Counted from the first letter of the stretch, positions 1-11,449 are shown. The stretch: 64,000 nucleotides of DNA from an uncultured Acidobacteriota bacterium (GCA_963813345.1 CAWEYR010000010.1:70592-134591), one strand, 5' to 3'. Notes: generated from the letters alone by a model not told the origin. Numbers and translations: made by a program.

Positions 1-1654
1 TGCCGGAGGAATACTTGGAATCGCAGGCGCCATTGGATATGCGTGGCTGATAATGTACGGGTTGCGCAACTGGTGGGTAGGCGCGGTAGGTACCACCATG
101 CTCACGCTCGATCCGCGGCCCGTTACTCTGGCTGTCGGAGTCGCGGCCGGAGTGTTCACCGCCATAGTCTGTTTGATTCTGACCTTACGAGCTATTGCGA
201 GAGTGTCACCACGAAGTCTATTGACTGGAGGACCGTTGAGCGGGCGATCGCTCGCAGGCAATCAGGCAGGACGAGGAGGCTGGATGCTTCGAGTTTCGGG
301 GCTTGTAGCGGGCCTGGCCGCGATCGTCGTACTTGGTGGTGTTGCGATTGGCGTTCCAGGACAAACGGCGGGATTCTTCATTGCCGGGACTCTGCTTTTG
401 TATGCATCGGTGAGTTTCTGGTACCGGTGGTTTCGATCTGACCGTCAGACGCTGATCTCCGGCATTGGGATGTGGAGCCTTGTACGTCTGGGATTTCGCA
501 ATGCCTCTTCGCGCCCTGGAAGAAGCGCACTTTGCATCGCGCTCGTTGCGGCAGCAACCTTTATTATCACCGCGGTCGACGCTTTCAGGCGAGATGCAGG
601 TGCGGCCAGTCAGGACCGAAGATCCGGCACCGGCGGTTACTCGTTAATGGGCGAAACGCTGCTGCCAGTTGTCATCAACCCGCAGAGCGAGTCTGGTCGC
701 GAGGAGTTGAACCTGACAGGAGAACCCTCGCTTGACGGAGTCACGATAGAACGGTTCAGACTGAAACCCGGAGATGACTCGAGTTGTCTGAATCTGTATC
801 AGCCAAAGAATCCCCGGATTCTGGGAGCTCGCGAGGAGTTCATACGAGAAAACCGATTCTCGTTCGGAAACACTCTCGCATCAACTCCGGAAGAGAAAGA
901 GAACCCATGGAGACTGCTTGAGCGTGAATCGATCGATGGCGCCGTGCCTGTAATCGCAGATGCGAATTCGATCGCATACGTTCTTCATGTTGCGGTTGGC
1001 GACGAGCTTCTACTCGGGACATCGAGCGGCACACCATTGCGATTGCGGGTTGCAGGTGCCCTCTCTGACAGCGTGCTTCAAGGTGAGCTCGTTATGTCCG
1101 AAAAGAATTTTCTTCGTCTCTTTCCGGATCGACAGGGTTACCGCTACTTTCTGATCGATGCGCCGGACAACAAGGGAGAGGCGGCGCTTACCGTGCTCGA
1201 GGACCGGCTCTCTGATTATGGCTTCGATGGGAGCTCAACTGCCGAACGGCTGGCAAGCTATCATCAGAGTCGAAAGCACATATCTCTCGACGTTTCAGTC
1301 CCTCGGCGGGCTTGGATTGCTGCTTGGAACTATCGGACTCGGTGCCGTATTGGCGCGCAACGTGATCGAGCGACAACGCGAGCTGGCACTGCTCCGCTCA
1401 GTTGGCTACGAAAAAAGGCACTTCGCAGTGATGGTGATTGCCGAAAACGCAATCCTGCTAGTGCTGGGCGCGGCTACGGGACTTCTGTGCGCACTGATTG
1501 CAACGGCTCCGGCCCTTTACTCGCGCGGTGCTCCACCCCCGCTCAGGTCGCTGCTGCTGCCGCTGCTCGTGGTTCTCGTTGGTCTCGCAGCATCAGCGCT
1601 GGCATTGAGACTGACCGCCTCGACACCACTGCTCAACGCCCTGCGTACTGAGTA
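1..1654 (+). CDS. ABC transporter permease, MacB/FtsX family (5' partial; frameshift near 1262-1268)
   Basis: ORF 53..1651 has no stop before the window start. The FtsX C-terminal helices (LRSVGYEKRHFAVMVIAENAILLVLGAATGLLCALIATAPALY) lie in overlapping ORF 1158..1655 in another frame. The junction reads ...TAERLASYH then RVESTYLSTFQSLGG. Confidence 0.75.
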
Positions 1655-1656
1655 AA

Positions 1657-1685
1657 GGTACGTTGTACCGCCTTCAGGCGGAATC
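1657..1685. repeat. Family B hairpin repeat (GGTACGTTGTACCGCCTTCAGGCGGAATC)
   Basis: Perfect 9-bp stem GATTCCGCC/GGCGGAATC with a TGAA loop. The same unit recurs at 18143, 36736, 51153 and 60105. Confidence 0.8.
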
Positions 1686-1693
1686 TTTGTATG

Positions 1694-1754
1694 CAGTTCA
1701 AGCTTCAGCTTGCTCTTGGCCTATTCGCGCAAAGGCAAGCCTGAAGCCTGAACT
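1694..1754. repeat. Family A palindromic repeat (CAGTTCAAGCTTCAGCTTGC ... GCAAGCCTGAAGCCTGAACTC), degenerate right arm
   Basis: Inverted arms share GAGTTCAAGCTT(C/T)AGCTTGC with copies at 6083, 9164, 15005, 21351, 22488, 47330 and 55690. It fills the gap between convergent genes. Confidence 0.75.
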
Positions 1755-1768
1755 CCATACCAAATACC

Positions 1769-4700
1769 TCAGAAATTCACTCGCAATCCAATCACGATCA
1801 AACGCGATCCGGACGCAGTTGTAACCCGTCCGAAATTCGTCGAATTGATGTTCGTGTTGAACCCGTTGACGTAGTCATCAAAGATCGGAGTGTTCAGCGC
1901 ATCGATCATGTCGACCCTGAACTCAAAGTTTGCGGTCTCAGTGAATCTGAAACGCTTGATGATATTGAAGTCAAAGCGGAACGAACCTGGGCCAAGCAAC
2001 GGAGCCTGCGACAGCGTCCCCAGATTTCCGGCAAGTGGATTGACGAGCACCAGATTGCCTGACGAGTCAGTAATTGCGCGCAGCGTGCTGAGCTGTGCAA
2101 GCGCCGGAGTCATGCCTCCGAGCGACGGATCATTGACCTGGTTGTAACCCGTGTTGAATACAACACCGTTTTCCGTCTTCTGAACCCTGACAAAATCGCG
2201 AGGGAGATTCCCGGCCTGCGTGGGCGTGTTGTCGCCGCCGAAGAAATTGAACGTGTTGATCGGTGCAGTGAACGAGATAGGCGAACCAGCGAACTGATTG
2301 TAGATGACGCCCACCTGCCAGAGTTCGACAAGTCGTGCCACCCATCCACTGTTATTACCAAGGAACTTTCTTCCGGGTCCAAACGGCAGCTCCCAAATAC
2401 CGCTGCTCCGGAAGACGTGTGGAACGTGAAAGGTGAGCAACTTCTTCTCGAGCCCTCGATTGCGGCCGTTTCGAAAGCTGTCAAGAAGCTCCTGACTTGA
2501 CCCATCCTCCTCACCTAGCGTCCGGCTCCAGGTGTAATTCGCCTGCAGCGTCCACCCTCGAGAGAACCTCTTGATCACTTCGGCTTGAAACGAATGGAAA
2601 GACGAGTTGGCATAGTTGCCCGCGAGATTCGCACCCGCAAACTGAGGATTCGCGGTCACAAAGTTTTCCGCCAGGCCGACGCGGCGGAGAAGTCCTCCTC
2701 GTGCACCAGTGAAGTCAGTCGTCGTGTTGAGATAGTTTGCAAACGATCCCGCGCTGTTTGTCGCAAAGAAACCCTGAGTCGTGGTGAACCGACGCACAGC
2801 ATCGGAGCCCGGTGATGGTTGTTCCGTTGACGACGCCGACCCCTGGCACGTTTAAGCCCCATGAAGATCTGGTTGAGCAGGGGCGAGGTTCCACCAGTCT
2901 GTGTTACGAGAAATGCGCCCAAAAGCCCGTTCTCAAAAATATTCGTCTCGTTGATATTTGCGGTCCTGATGAGCTTTGTTCCTTTGCTTCCGACATAACG
3001 CAGGTCGAGCGTGAAGTCGCTCATAAGCTCACGCTGAAGCGTGACGTTCCAGTTCTGGACGTAGGGAGTTCGAAGATTGTCGTCGAAGACACGCACCGTC
3101 TGAACGCGATCGGTCAGTGGAACTGTTTCGAGCGGCCTCCCTTGAGGCACCAGTGGAAGCGTCAGACGCGCAAGGTCGAGATAGCCCGTCGATGTAAACG
3201 TAGTCGTGGTGCGCAGACCAGGCTGATCACCCGCGATGACATCAATCAACCGCAGCGCGCTTCGCTCGTAACCCCACCCGTAGCCCATTCGCAGAGTGGT
3301 CTTGTTCTCACCAAAATATGGAATCGCCCAGCTTAGTCCGATCGCCGGCGCAAAGTTGTTCCAGTCATCGTTGTAGAGCTTCGTGTCGGGCTTGGGCGAG
3401 TTCTTTCCGACAAGCTCGATGTTGGTGAGCTGCCCGTTGAGTCTTCCCGGTTGATAAACGTCGGCAAAGCTCGTCCCGGAAATCCCAAAGACCGAAGATG
3501 ATCCCCCGACCAGTCCTGCAGTCTTTCCGTTCGCTTCGAACACCACTCCGTACCAGTCGTAGCGAAGTCCGAGGTTGAGCGTGAGGTTTCGCGAGACTTT
3601 GAAATCGTCCTTGATAAACCAGCTGAATTCCCTTTGCTGCCACGTTCGCTGCTTCCCTTCTCCCGCAAGATAGACCGGGTTTGGTCCCGCAGGAGCATTG
3701 AACGCTTCTCTCGCGTTCGAGAGCGAACCTGAGAGGTCTGTCAGTACGTTCCGAGCCAGCGTCGCATTGTTTCCGAATACAGCGGCGGTGATGCCCTGGA
3801 CCGCAGCTCCTCCGGCTCCCAGAACCGCGCGCGGAAACACATCGAACGAATTGAAGCCATTCGTCGAAACGAATCGAACCTCGAATCCGCCCTTGAACGT
3901 ATGCTTACCTCTAACCCATGTCAGCGTGTCGGTGTACTGGTAGAGCGGCGAGATGCGGCCCTGTGGGTCATTCGTCAGATTGATCGGATCTGTCACTGAA
4001 GCGAAATCGGGTCCATACGCTACATTGTTGATTACTGGAATCAAGTTGCTGTTTTCAGCAAGTTGCCACGGCGAATTGAAGTCCAGGCGTGATCGTTGCG
4101 CTCCGCCTCTGAATTCATTCAGGAGAGTAGGAGAAAGCGTCGACGTGAGAGAGACCTGATAGAAGTAGTTGAGATTTTTCTGATTACCGCCCGGTGAGTC
4201 AGGATAGGTCTGTGCCATGAATCCGTTGAGAAAATTCTCGTTCTCACGTGAAAAGTTGAACGTCAGCCTGTGAGCCTCAGTGAATTGATGGTCAACGCGA
4301 ACGTTGATCTGGTCCCGATCTGCGCTTGTTCGTCTGATCCATGTGTGACCGGCAGTGTTGAGCCCGTCGCCTGCGCGAAAGTTATTTGGAAGCGGCATGA
4401 CTCCAAGGAGCTTGCTGATTGTCCCGGTCGGATCAGGGCCCGTCCGATTGGGATCACGCGTATAGAGATTGATCGACTGGAGGTCTCCAGTTGCTCCCGC
4501 GGGCCTGACCGGATTTCCATTGAGATCGGTAGTCGGAACCGCGGCGTTGGCGTTTCCATTCTGAACACCTGGATAGAATCTGAATATTCCGCGCCGGGCT
4601 GTATCGGTCAAAACAGTTGATGTCACAGTGCCTCGAGCACGTTGGCGTTGTCCCTCGTAGTTTACGAAGAAGAATGTCTTGTTCTTGATAATCGGTCCAC

Positions 4701-5541
4701 CGACGCGACCACCGAATTGATTTCGAATCAACTCATTGCGTGGCGCACCAATGAGGTTGTTGAAGAATGTATTCGCATTCAGAACGGTATTCCGGTGTGA
4801 CTCAAATGCACTTCCGTGAAACTCGTTTCCACCTGCTTTGGTGGTAAGGATCACCTGACCACTGCCGCGGCCAAACTCGGCGTCAGCTGGTGACGATACA
4901 ACGCGGATTTCATCCACCAGATCGACGCTCATGAAGATGGTTGAGTTAACACCCTGATTGATACGCATGTCCTGAACGTTGATTCCGTCTCGAAGAACAT
5001 TCACCTGCCCAATTCGCCCACCAGCAAAGTTGCTTCCAACCAGACCGGCTTGAGTAAGAACCAGCCCAAGCGCATCGCGATTTGGCAGCGGCAGGTCTTG
5101 AACGCTCTTGCCACTGATCACGCCGCCAACCGAATTCGCGCCGATTGCAAGATTCGGATCTAGCGGTGCACTTACTTTGACAACTTCCTCGGAAATCTGT
5201 CCGACCTCCATTTGAAGGTTGAATACAATTCGCGCCGAAAGCTCAAGGGTCACCTCGTCGTGTATGAGGCGCCGGAAACCGGTTCTTTCAGCGGTTAATC
5301 TATAGATTCCTGGCTGAAGACTCGCGAAGGTGTACACGCCTTCGTCATTGGTCGTAGCACTCGTCGAAGCCCCTGTCCTTGAATGCAAAGCAGTGATTGT
5401 TGCTCCCACCACGGCAGCACCTGCTGGATCACTGACAGTGCCGGATAGCGTGGCGTTTGTGGTTTGGGCACGAACATCGAAACCGGCGATGGAGAAGAAA
5501 GCTATCAACAGCCCAGCGAAAAGAGCTCGAGCACGTCTCAT
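1769..5541 (-). CDS. TonB-dependent outer-membrane receptor with N-terminal carboxypeptidase-regulatory-like domain (frameshift near 2800)
   Basis: ORF 2656..5541 begins with signal peptide MRRARALFAGLLIAFFSIAGFDVRAQ, then a CarboxypepD_reg-like segment (GTVSDPAGAAVVGATITALHS...DEGVYTFASLQPGIYRLTAE) and a plug/barrel. ORF 1769..2797 in another frame supplies the C-terminal barrel ending in the terminal Phe (...IGLRVNF). The 3' tail of the upstream ORF is Arg-rich junk. Confidence 0.85.
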
Positions 5542-6082
5542 CTGATCATCCTCCTGTTTGTCTTCGAACCGTCAGGTCGCCCATCAATGGCCCGTGTGGC
5601 GTTCCGTGGGTCGATTTGATGTAAGATGGCTGCCAAGTGACTCCAACAACTCGTCGTCAAAGTCGTCGAAATCCTGTTGGCAACCTTGATTCCACGTTTG
5701 CCAGTTGCTGCAAGCTTCTGATTCTGCTTAGTGTCAGCGTCCGCGCGGGGAGATGGACCCTCGACAGGCGTGCAATTTTTCGTAAGAGTTACAGGATTTC
5801 GTCTACTTTGGGGGATGCTGGCGTTTCAGTTACTCGGATTTCACAGGCAAAGGAAATGCAAGATAGAATAATCAAGAGCGCTGTTAGTTCAATCTGTACT
5901 TGTGAAAACGCCTACTCGTATTAGTATCAGGACTTTGAAGCTACTCGCGCCTGCTTTCCGGATAATCGGTTAGTTATCACAATCTGTTGAGTGACGTATG
6001 GTGACTGTCAGCGTTGCATAATTGCTATCAATCTAATTGGAATCTCATTTTTTCTGTGAAACTTTTTTTGAGGCACTCGCTA

Positions 6083-6161
6083 GCAACCACAAGCTAAAGC
6101 TTGAACTCAAACTAGTAGTTGAACTATCGAGGTTTGAGTTCGAGCTTTAGCTTGTGGTTGC
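6083..6161. repeat. Family A palindromic repeat, arms in swapped order (GCAACCACAAGCTAAAGCTTGAACTC ... GAGTTCGAGCTTTAGCTTGTGGTTGC)
   Basis: The same arm sequences as copy 22488..22598, but the outer and inner halves are exchanged. It lies in the 660-bp divergent intergenic region. Confidence 0.7.
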
Positions 6162-6201
6162 ACACCAGCCCCTCGGAGACGAGAGGCACTCAGAGAACGC
6201 A

Positions 6202-7451
6202 ATGTCAAATAAACGATACTCTATTTGGAATGGCACCTATTTAGCACTTCTATTCCTTGCGCTACATTCGACTTCGTACTGCTCAGGACTGGAATCAATG
6301 GCGTGGACCTAACCGCGACGGGTCCGTCAGACAATTTCATCATGCCTGCGACACTTCCGGAAAAACTTTCACAAAAGTGGAAAGTAGTCGTCGGCGATGG
6401 GCACTCTTCGCCGGTCGTGTCGAGCTCGCGTGTCTACGTGCTATCCCGGCAAGGCGAGCAGGAGGTCATCGCGTGCTATGAGCTCAGGTCAGGGAAACAG
6501 TTGTGGAAAGAAGCATACATTGCCGCCTACCGGGTCCATCCAGCCGCGACAAATCACGGGAAGGGTCCAAAGTCGACTCCGCTTCTGTTTTCAGGGAAGA
6601 TCTACACAGTCGGTATCACGGGAGTCGTATCCTGTCTTGACGCAGGCACCGGGCGCGTCAAATGGAGAAAGGATCTGTCCAATCAGTTCAAGCAGACGTC
6701 GCCACTTTACGGAACGGCGGTTTCTCCCATCGTCGATCGCGGCCAGCTGATTGTTCATCTGGGAGGGCATGATAACGGCGCATTGATGGCCTTTGATGCC
6801 GAGAGCGGTGCAGTCAAATGGAGCTGGACGGCGGATGGCCCTGGATACTCGTCACCGATCATTGTTGAGCTTGGTCAGACTCGTCACTTGATCACCCAAT
6901 CTCAACGCAATGTAATCGGCGTAGCTCCGGCAACCGGCGAGCTTCTGTGGAAGATTCCCTTCACTACAGAATACGATCAGAACACCGTGACTCCTGTCGT
7001 TGTCGGCGACATGGTAATCTTTTCGGGAATCAACAAGGGCATCGCTGCATATCGATTGGTGAGGAGTGGCGGGAAATGGACCGCCGAGCAGGCCTGGCAA
7101 AACAAGGAGATCAGTCTCTACATGAACTCTCCTGTTGTCGCCGGATCGAAACTCTTCGGGCTTTCGCATAAGAACAAGGGACAGTATTTCTGTCTTGACG
7201 CTAACAATGGAAAGGTCCTTTGGTTGAGTGATGGGCGTCAGGGTGACAACGCGGCGATGCTGATCGCGAAGGGAACGATTCTCTCACTGAGTACAGACGG
7301 GGACCTGACCATCTTTCCTGCAACAGAAAAGATGCCAGGCGAGTTCAAAAAGCTTCGCATCGCAGACAGTCCGACCTGGGCTCATCCCGTGCTCATGGGA
7401 AAAGAGATCCTGGTAAAGGACGCTACAACACTCGCGCTCTGGAGTTTCTGA
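6202..7451 (+). CDS. PQQ-like beta-propeller repeat protein (BamB-like fold), secreted; two frameshifts near 6255-6270 and 6330-6340
   Basis: Signal-peptide-like MSNKRYSIWNGTYLALLFLALHS in frame 1. The hallmark QDWNQWRGPNRDGSV is in frame 2 (ORF 6257..6481). The propeller blades (KWKVVVGDGHSSPVV..., GKIYTVGITGVVSCLDAGTGRVKWRK..., GELLWKIPF...) are in ORF 6225..7451. Confidence 0.7.
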
Positions 7452-7454
7452 GCA

Positions 7455-7530
7455 GGAGTGGGCAGTGGGCTCAGTGCGGCAGTGGTCAGTCGGGCAGTGG
7501 CCAGTGGCAGTCAGTGGCTGTGGTCAGCGG
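7455..7530. repeat. Tandem heptamer-like array (GGCAGTG/GTCAGTG/CCAGTGG units)
   Basis: About 9 imperfect 7-mers right after the PQQ gene stop. The unit resembles the heptamer flanks of Family A copies (compare GGTCAGT at 55661), but no hairpin core is present. Confidence 0.6.
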
Positions 7531-7620
7531 TCATCTGACTCAGACTCTTTCTTCCCCCAGCCTCCACCGCCAGGCGTTTCAATCAGGAACCTTGTTCCAG
7601 CTGGCGCCGTTAACGAGAAC

Positions 7621-9127
7621 TTACCCTGGAGTCTCTTTCTCTGCGCCTTTGATGGTTTTCATCGTGCTGCTCCCAACCTTGCCTGGATCGCCGCCGTTCA
7701 AACCATATGGCGGGAATCGTCGTCTGTCGGAAAGCAGAGAAACTCGAGCGGGAACCAGCACCTCTATCTCACGCACGACTCCGTCGCCGCCGCGGAACCT
7801 TCCATTTCCGCCCGATCCGCGGCGAATCTGATAGCGCCGGACCCGCATCGGATATGCATATTCGAGCGCTTCAACCGGTGTATTGAGCGAGTTCGTCATG
7901 TGTGTATGAACAGCTGAAAGACCATCTCCTGATGGCCTCGCCCCCATTCCGCCTGCGATTGTCTCGTAATACGAGAATTCACGTCCCTGATGTGCGTCCC
8001 AGCCGCCAATCGTCAGATTGTTCATGGTTCCTTGTGACGCTGAAGGGATCCGCGAGGGCGCAGCCTGTGAAAGCGCCTTGAAGAGTACGTCAACGATGCG
8101 TTGCGACGTCTCAACGTTTCCGCCAGCCACCGGCGCTGGTGGCTTCGCGTTGACAATTGTCCCCTCCGGAGCGATCACTTCGATCGGAGAGATTACTCCG
8201 GCACTCGCGGGCACATCACCAGCGATAAGACAGCGGAAGACGTAGTAAACCGCTGAAACCGTGATCGCCTCCACGGCGTTTATGGGACCGTTCACCTGCG
8301 CTGCGCTTCCCTGTGAAATCGACTTTCGCACGATCTCCCTTGATCTCGATCGTGACTCTGATTGGAATCGCATCGGCGCTCTCACCATCATCATCGAGTG
8401 CATCTTCCGCGCGATATATACCATCCGGCATCTCCGAGATTGCCTTTCGAGAGAGCCTCGCAGCGTAGTCAATTAGATGTTTCGCGTACTCACGCACTTC
8501 AGCGATGCCATACTCCTCGACAATATTGAGTATCCTCTCGGTGCCAACTCTCAAGGCCCCAAGCTGAGCCGCCAGGTCTCCCTCGCGCTCTTCGCGTCCG
8601 CGCACATTTGCAAGAAAGAGGCCCAGCAGTTCCAGATCAGTTACACCTCCGCGCGCGAGATGTACGGGAGGAATCCTCAAGCCTTCCTGGTAGATTTCAG
8701 TCGCTGCTCCCATCGAACCCGGGGTCGAACCTCCGATGTCGGCGTGATGGGCGCGGTTTGCAACATAAAAAAGGGGGCCGCTCTGCGATCGGCGAGCAGC
8801 GCGTGAGATTCCAAACACTGGAGCCACAAGAGTGACATCCGGCAGGTGCGTGCCCCCAGCGTAAGGATCATTCAGCATGATCACATCGCCGGCGTTCAGT
8901 TCGCAGCTGGCGATCGCAGCGCTCACCGACATCGGCATCGATCCGAGGTGAACCGGCATGTGATCACCCTGCGCAATAAGCCTTCCGGCGCCATCAAAAA
9001 CGGCGCATGAATAGTCTCGCCGTTCCTTGATGTTTGGAGAAAAGGACGCCCGGCGCAAACTCAAACCCATTTCCTCGGCTACCGAAGTAAACAGGCATCG
9101 AAAAATTTCGAGGCGAATTGAATCCAT
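7621..9127 (-). CDS. hyuB: Hydantoinase B / 5-oxoprolinase subunit (HyuB family); frameshift near 8310-8325
   Basis: ORF 8216..9127: MDSIRLEIFRCLFTSVAEEMG...DHMPVHLGSMP...LNDPYAGGTHLPD. ORF 7621..8472 in another frame: GPINAVEAITVSAVYYVFRCL...YYETIAGGMGARP...GGDGVVREIEVL. The junction is ...VDFTGKRSA then QVNGPINA. Confidence 0.85.
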
Positions 9128-9134
9128 AAGATTG

Positions 9135-9230
9135 CGGGGTCAGGGGTTGGGGATCGGGACTTGTCAGTTCAAGCTTCAGCTTGCTCGTACCATTCGAGCA
9201 TGTAACACAGCAAGCTAAAGCTTGAAAAAT
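9135..9230. repeat. Family A palindromic repeat with G-run flank (GGGGTCAGGGGTTGGGGATCGGG + CAGTTCAAGCTTCAGCTTGCTCG ... CAGCAAGCTAAAGCTTGAA)
   Basis: Hairpin core at 9164..9230. The 9135..9157 flank has four G3-4 runs with 2-3 nt loops, a canonical G-quadruplex motif. Confidence 0.75.
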
Positions 9231-9307
9231 GCTCTGTTCTGCTCTACTCCTTCGCTGGTCCAAGCTTCTTCAATGCAGTAGCGGCTTCAGCCCTCACATC
9301 AACTACC

Positions 9308-10111
9308 TTATCGGTTTCTGCAATCTCCGTTAAGAAGGTCGCGACCCGCTTCCAGCTTGAGCTCTCCAATCCAATACGCGGCCTTGGAGCGGAAATCCGG
9401 GTTGTTGGCCTGCTTCAGTATTCCGGTCAGCTCGTGTGCACCGTTCCTGGTCTTCGAAGATTCGCGAATCGCCTCTTTCGCTATTCTTTGCGTTTCCGCA
9501 TTGTCAGAATCCGACAAGCCGAACAGAAAAAGCATTCCCTTTCGCGAAAAGCCTACGTCGCGCAACTGGAAAATGTAAAGGATGGCCTGACAGCGTGCGT
9601 AGGCGTCACCCCCATCAACAATCGGCCGGCTGTACGGATTGGCAAGGAAGTTGAGCGCAGCGTAGCTTGGCTTGTAGACCTGAAACGAGCACAGCGTGCG
9701 CCCCAGCTCGGCAGTCACTCGCGAATCAGAATCAGAAATAGCTTCCTGAAGGGCGTCAATGGAGTCCCGATCACCAAGTCTCCCGAGTGCCTGTACAGCC
9801 GCCGCTCGCACCAGCGGATCCTTGTCATCACGCATGGCCTTAACGAGTCCCGCTGTTGCCCGCCGGTCACAACTTGAGCCGAGCTCCGAGGCAGCGCCGA
9901 TCCTGGTTGCCGCATCATCTGATTTGAGGCTCGCGAGAGCCGCGGTAACAGTCCTGGTCTTCGCAGGAAGGTTGGCAAGAGATGGACATTGCTCATAGAG
10001 CGGCAATGCTCGCGGTCTCAAGTCCCCTCGTGCTTCCTGTCCAATTGTTAACGTTGTTAACGCTGGAAGAAACGTCACCAGCAATGTCAGCGAGAATGCA
10101 TATCTACGCAT
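9308..10111 (-). CDS. Secreted HEAT-repeat (PBS-lyase-like) protein
   Basis: Signal peptide MRRYAFSLTLLVTFLPALTTLTIG. Repeated DxxxRxxAxxxLGxxG units (DAATRIGAASELGSS, DPLVRAAAVQALGRLG, DSRVTAELGRTL). The stop is 4 nt from the upstream gene's stop region, so the two are co-oriented. Confidence 0.65.
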   Translation of the reverse strand: MRRYAFSLTLLVTFLPALTTLTIGQEARGDLRPRALPLYEQCPSLANLPAKTRTVTAALASLKSDDAATRIGAASELGSSCDRRATAGLVKAMRDDKDPLVRAAAVQALGRLGDRDSIDALQEAISDSDSRVTAELGRTLCSFQVYKPSYAALNFLANPYSRPIVDGGDAYARCQAILYIFQLRDVGFSRKGMLFLFGLSDSDNAETQRIAKEAIRESSKTRNGAHELTGILKQANNPDFRSKAAYWIGELKLEAGRDLLNGDCRNR

Positions 10112-10114
10112 CAG

Positions 10115-11449
10115 CTATCCCAGATCCGGATTGTTTGGCGTCAGCAGCTTAAGCGCACGTGCTGCGTGACCCAGCGCTATTACAAGATCACTCATAAACT
10201 TTACTCCCTGTCCGCGTCCAATCATCGAATCAACCGTCCGTTCAAGCGCGCCTATATCCATCGCTCGCCAACGCACGAGATACTCGTAGAGTCTCTTCTC
10301 GCCTTCCGCGATTCGGCGCTCCTGAGAAGGTGTGATCGCAAAGAGCTTGTGCAATCGGACATAGTTGATCGACTCAAAACAGTGCCCCAGCAACTGAACG
10401 AATGAACGCAGCTTCAATCCTTCGACAGCTATCGGGGGCGCCCCTTTGCCCTCTGTGTCGTAAGTGTATTCAAGTGCGTCAGCATCGCCCTTGAGGCGAT
10501 AAGTCACAATATCGAATTGTTGTTTGATTCGCTGCTCGAGATTGTTTTCGCGATAACCGTGTCTGAGGCACGAAAGAAACCCATACATCGAATGCAGACC
10601 GTAGCAGCTATACGTTCTGATCTCTTTGAAGAATTCCTCTGGCTCCTTTTCTCCGAGCGCCAGTTGCTGAGCCGTTTTGGCCGTCACTGCCTCGTAATCT
10701 GCGAGACCCCGATCAATTACAGTGTTGAGCTCAATCGTCTCGCCGTAAGCATTGGTCCACGTCGATTGATCGGGAGTCATTAGAATTGAGAATGCGATTA
10801 TCCCCCACGGCAGATGATTGATCGTCAGTTCCGGATCGAAGCGCTTGAGATTCTGCGGATCGAATCGAAAAAGCGCTTTTGCGCTATTGCCGAGATCTAC
10901 AAGGCTGTACTCGCGGCCCGAGACGGAAAGCTTTTGATCATTGCTTACACCCGCTTCGAGGAATGTTTTCAGAAAGCTGTTGTCGTGAACTTCATTGATT
11001 CTTTCGAAATAGACGTAACGCTTTCCCGCAACTTCCTTATCGGCAGCATAGGCTGTGCACAGCCGATTCACGGCGTTCGAGCCATCTGTCCGAGTAAAGT
11101 TACGCCCGAACCCGCGAACTGCGTGTATCAGGACATAAGGATTGTCAATCGCGCGCGCATAATACTCGGTGAGCTCATTGACTGAACGCAGCGCGTTCTC
11201 GTAGTTCGGCTCAAGGGTTACCGGCGGCAGTTTGCGCGCAATCGTAGGCTTTGGTGCCTCCACATTGGGTTTGGTTGATTCAAACCATCCTGCCCGGTAG
11301 CCTGCAAACCCTACGCCGGCGGCAGCAATTGCGCCACCTCCAAGAAGTAAGAAATTCCTTCGTTGATTGCTTTGCTGGACGTTCTTTTGAGTGTTTTCCG
11401 GCGGGCGCGAGCCACGCTTTTTCTTTGGCATATATGTCAATACTAACAA
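10115..11449 (-). CDS. Tat-signal hypothetical protein (444 aa, unknown family)
   Basis: Intact ORF. Twin-arginine motif NQRRNFLLLGGGAIAAAGVGFA. No recognisable catalytic motif. Immediately upstream of, and co-oriented with, the HEAT protein. Confidence 0.6.
   Translation of the reverse strand: MLVLTYMPKKKRGSRPPENTQKNVQQSNQRRNFLLLGGGAIAAAGVGFAGYRAGWFESTKPNVEAPKPTIARKLPPVTLEPNYENALRSVNELTEYYARAIDNPYVLIHAVRGFGRNFTRTDGSNAVNRLCTAYAADKEVAGKRYVYFERINEVHDNSFLKTFLEAGVSNDQKLSVSGREYSLVDLGNSAKALFRFDPQNLKRFDPELTINHLPWGIIAFSILMTPDQSTWTNAYGETIELNTVIDRGLADYEAVTAKTAQQLALGEKEPEEFFKEIRTYSCYGLHSMYGFLSCLRHGYRENNLEQRIKQQFDIVTYRLKGDADALEYTYDTEGKGAPPIAVEGLKLRSFVQLLGHCFESINYVRLHKLFAITPSQERRIAEGEKRLYEYLVRWRAMDIGALERTVDSMIGRGQGVKFMSDLVIALGHAARALKLLTPNNPDLG

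Noticed and set aside
5637-5924. 95-aa ORF in the long intergenic region
   Set aside because: Lies in an AT-richer non-coding stretch with no RBS context. Composition is unlike neighbouring genes.
7465-7917. Plus-strand ORFs 7465..7917 and 7514..7831 (150 and 105 aa)
   Set aside because: Antisense to the hyuB coding region. Pro/Ser/Arg-rich composition typical of out-of-frame GC-rich translation. No motif.
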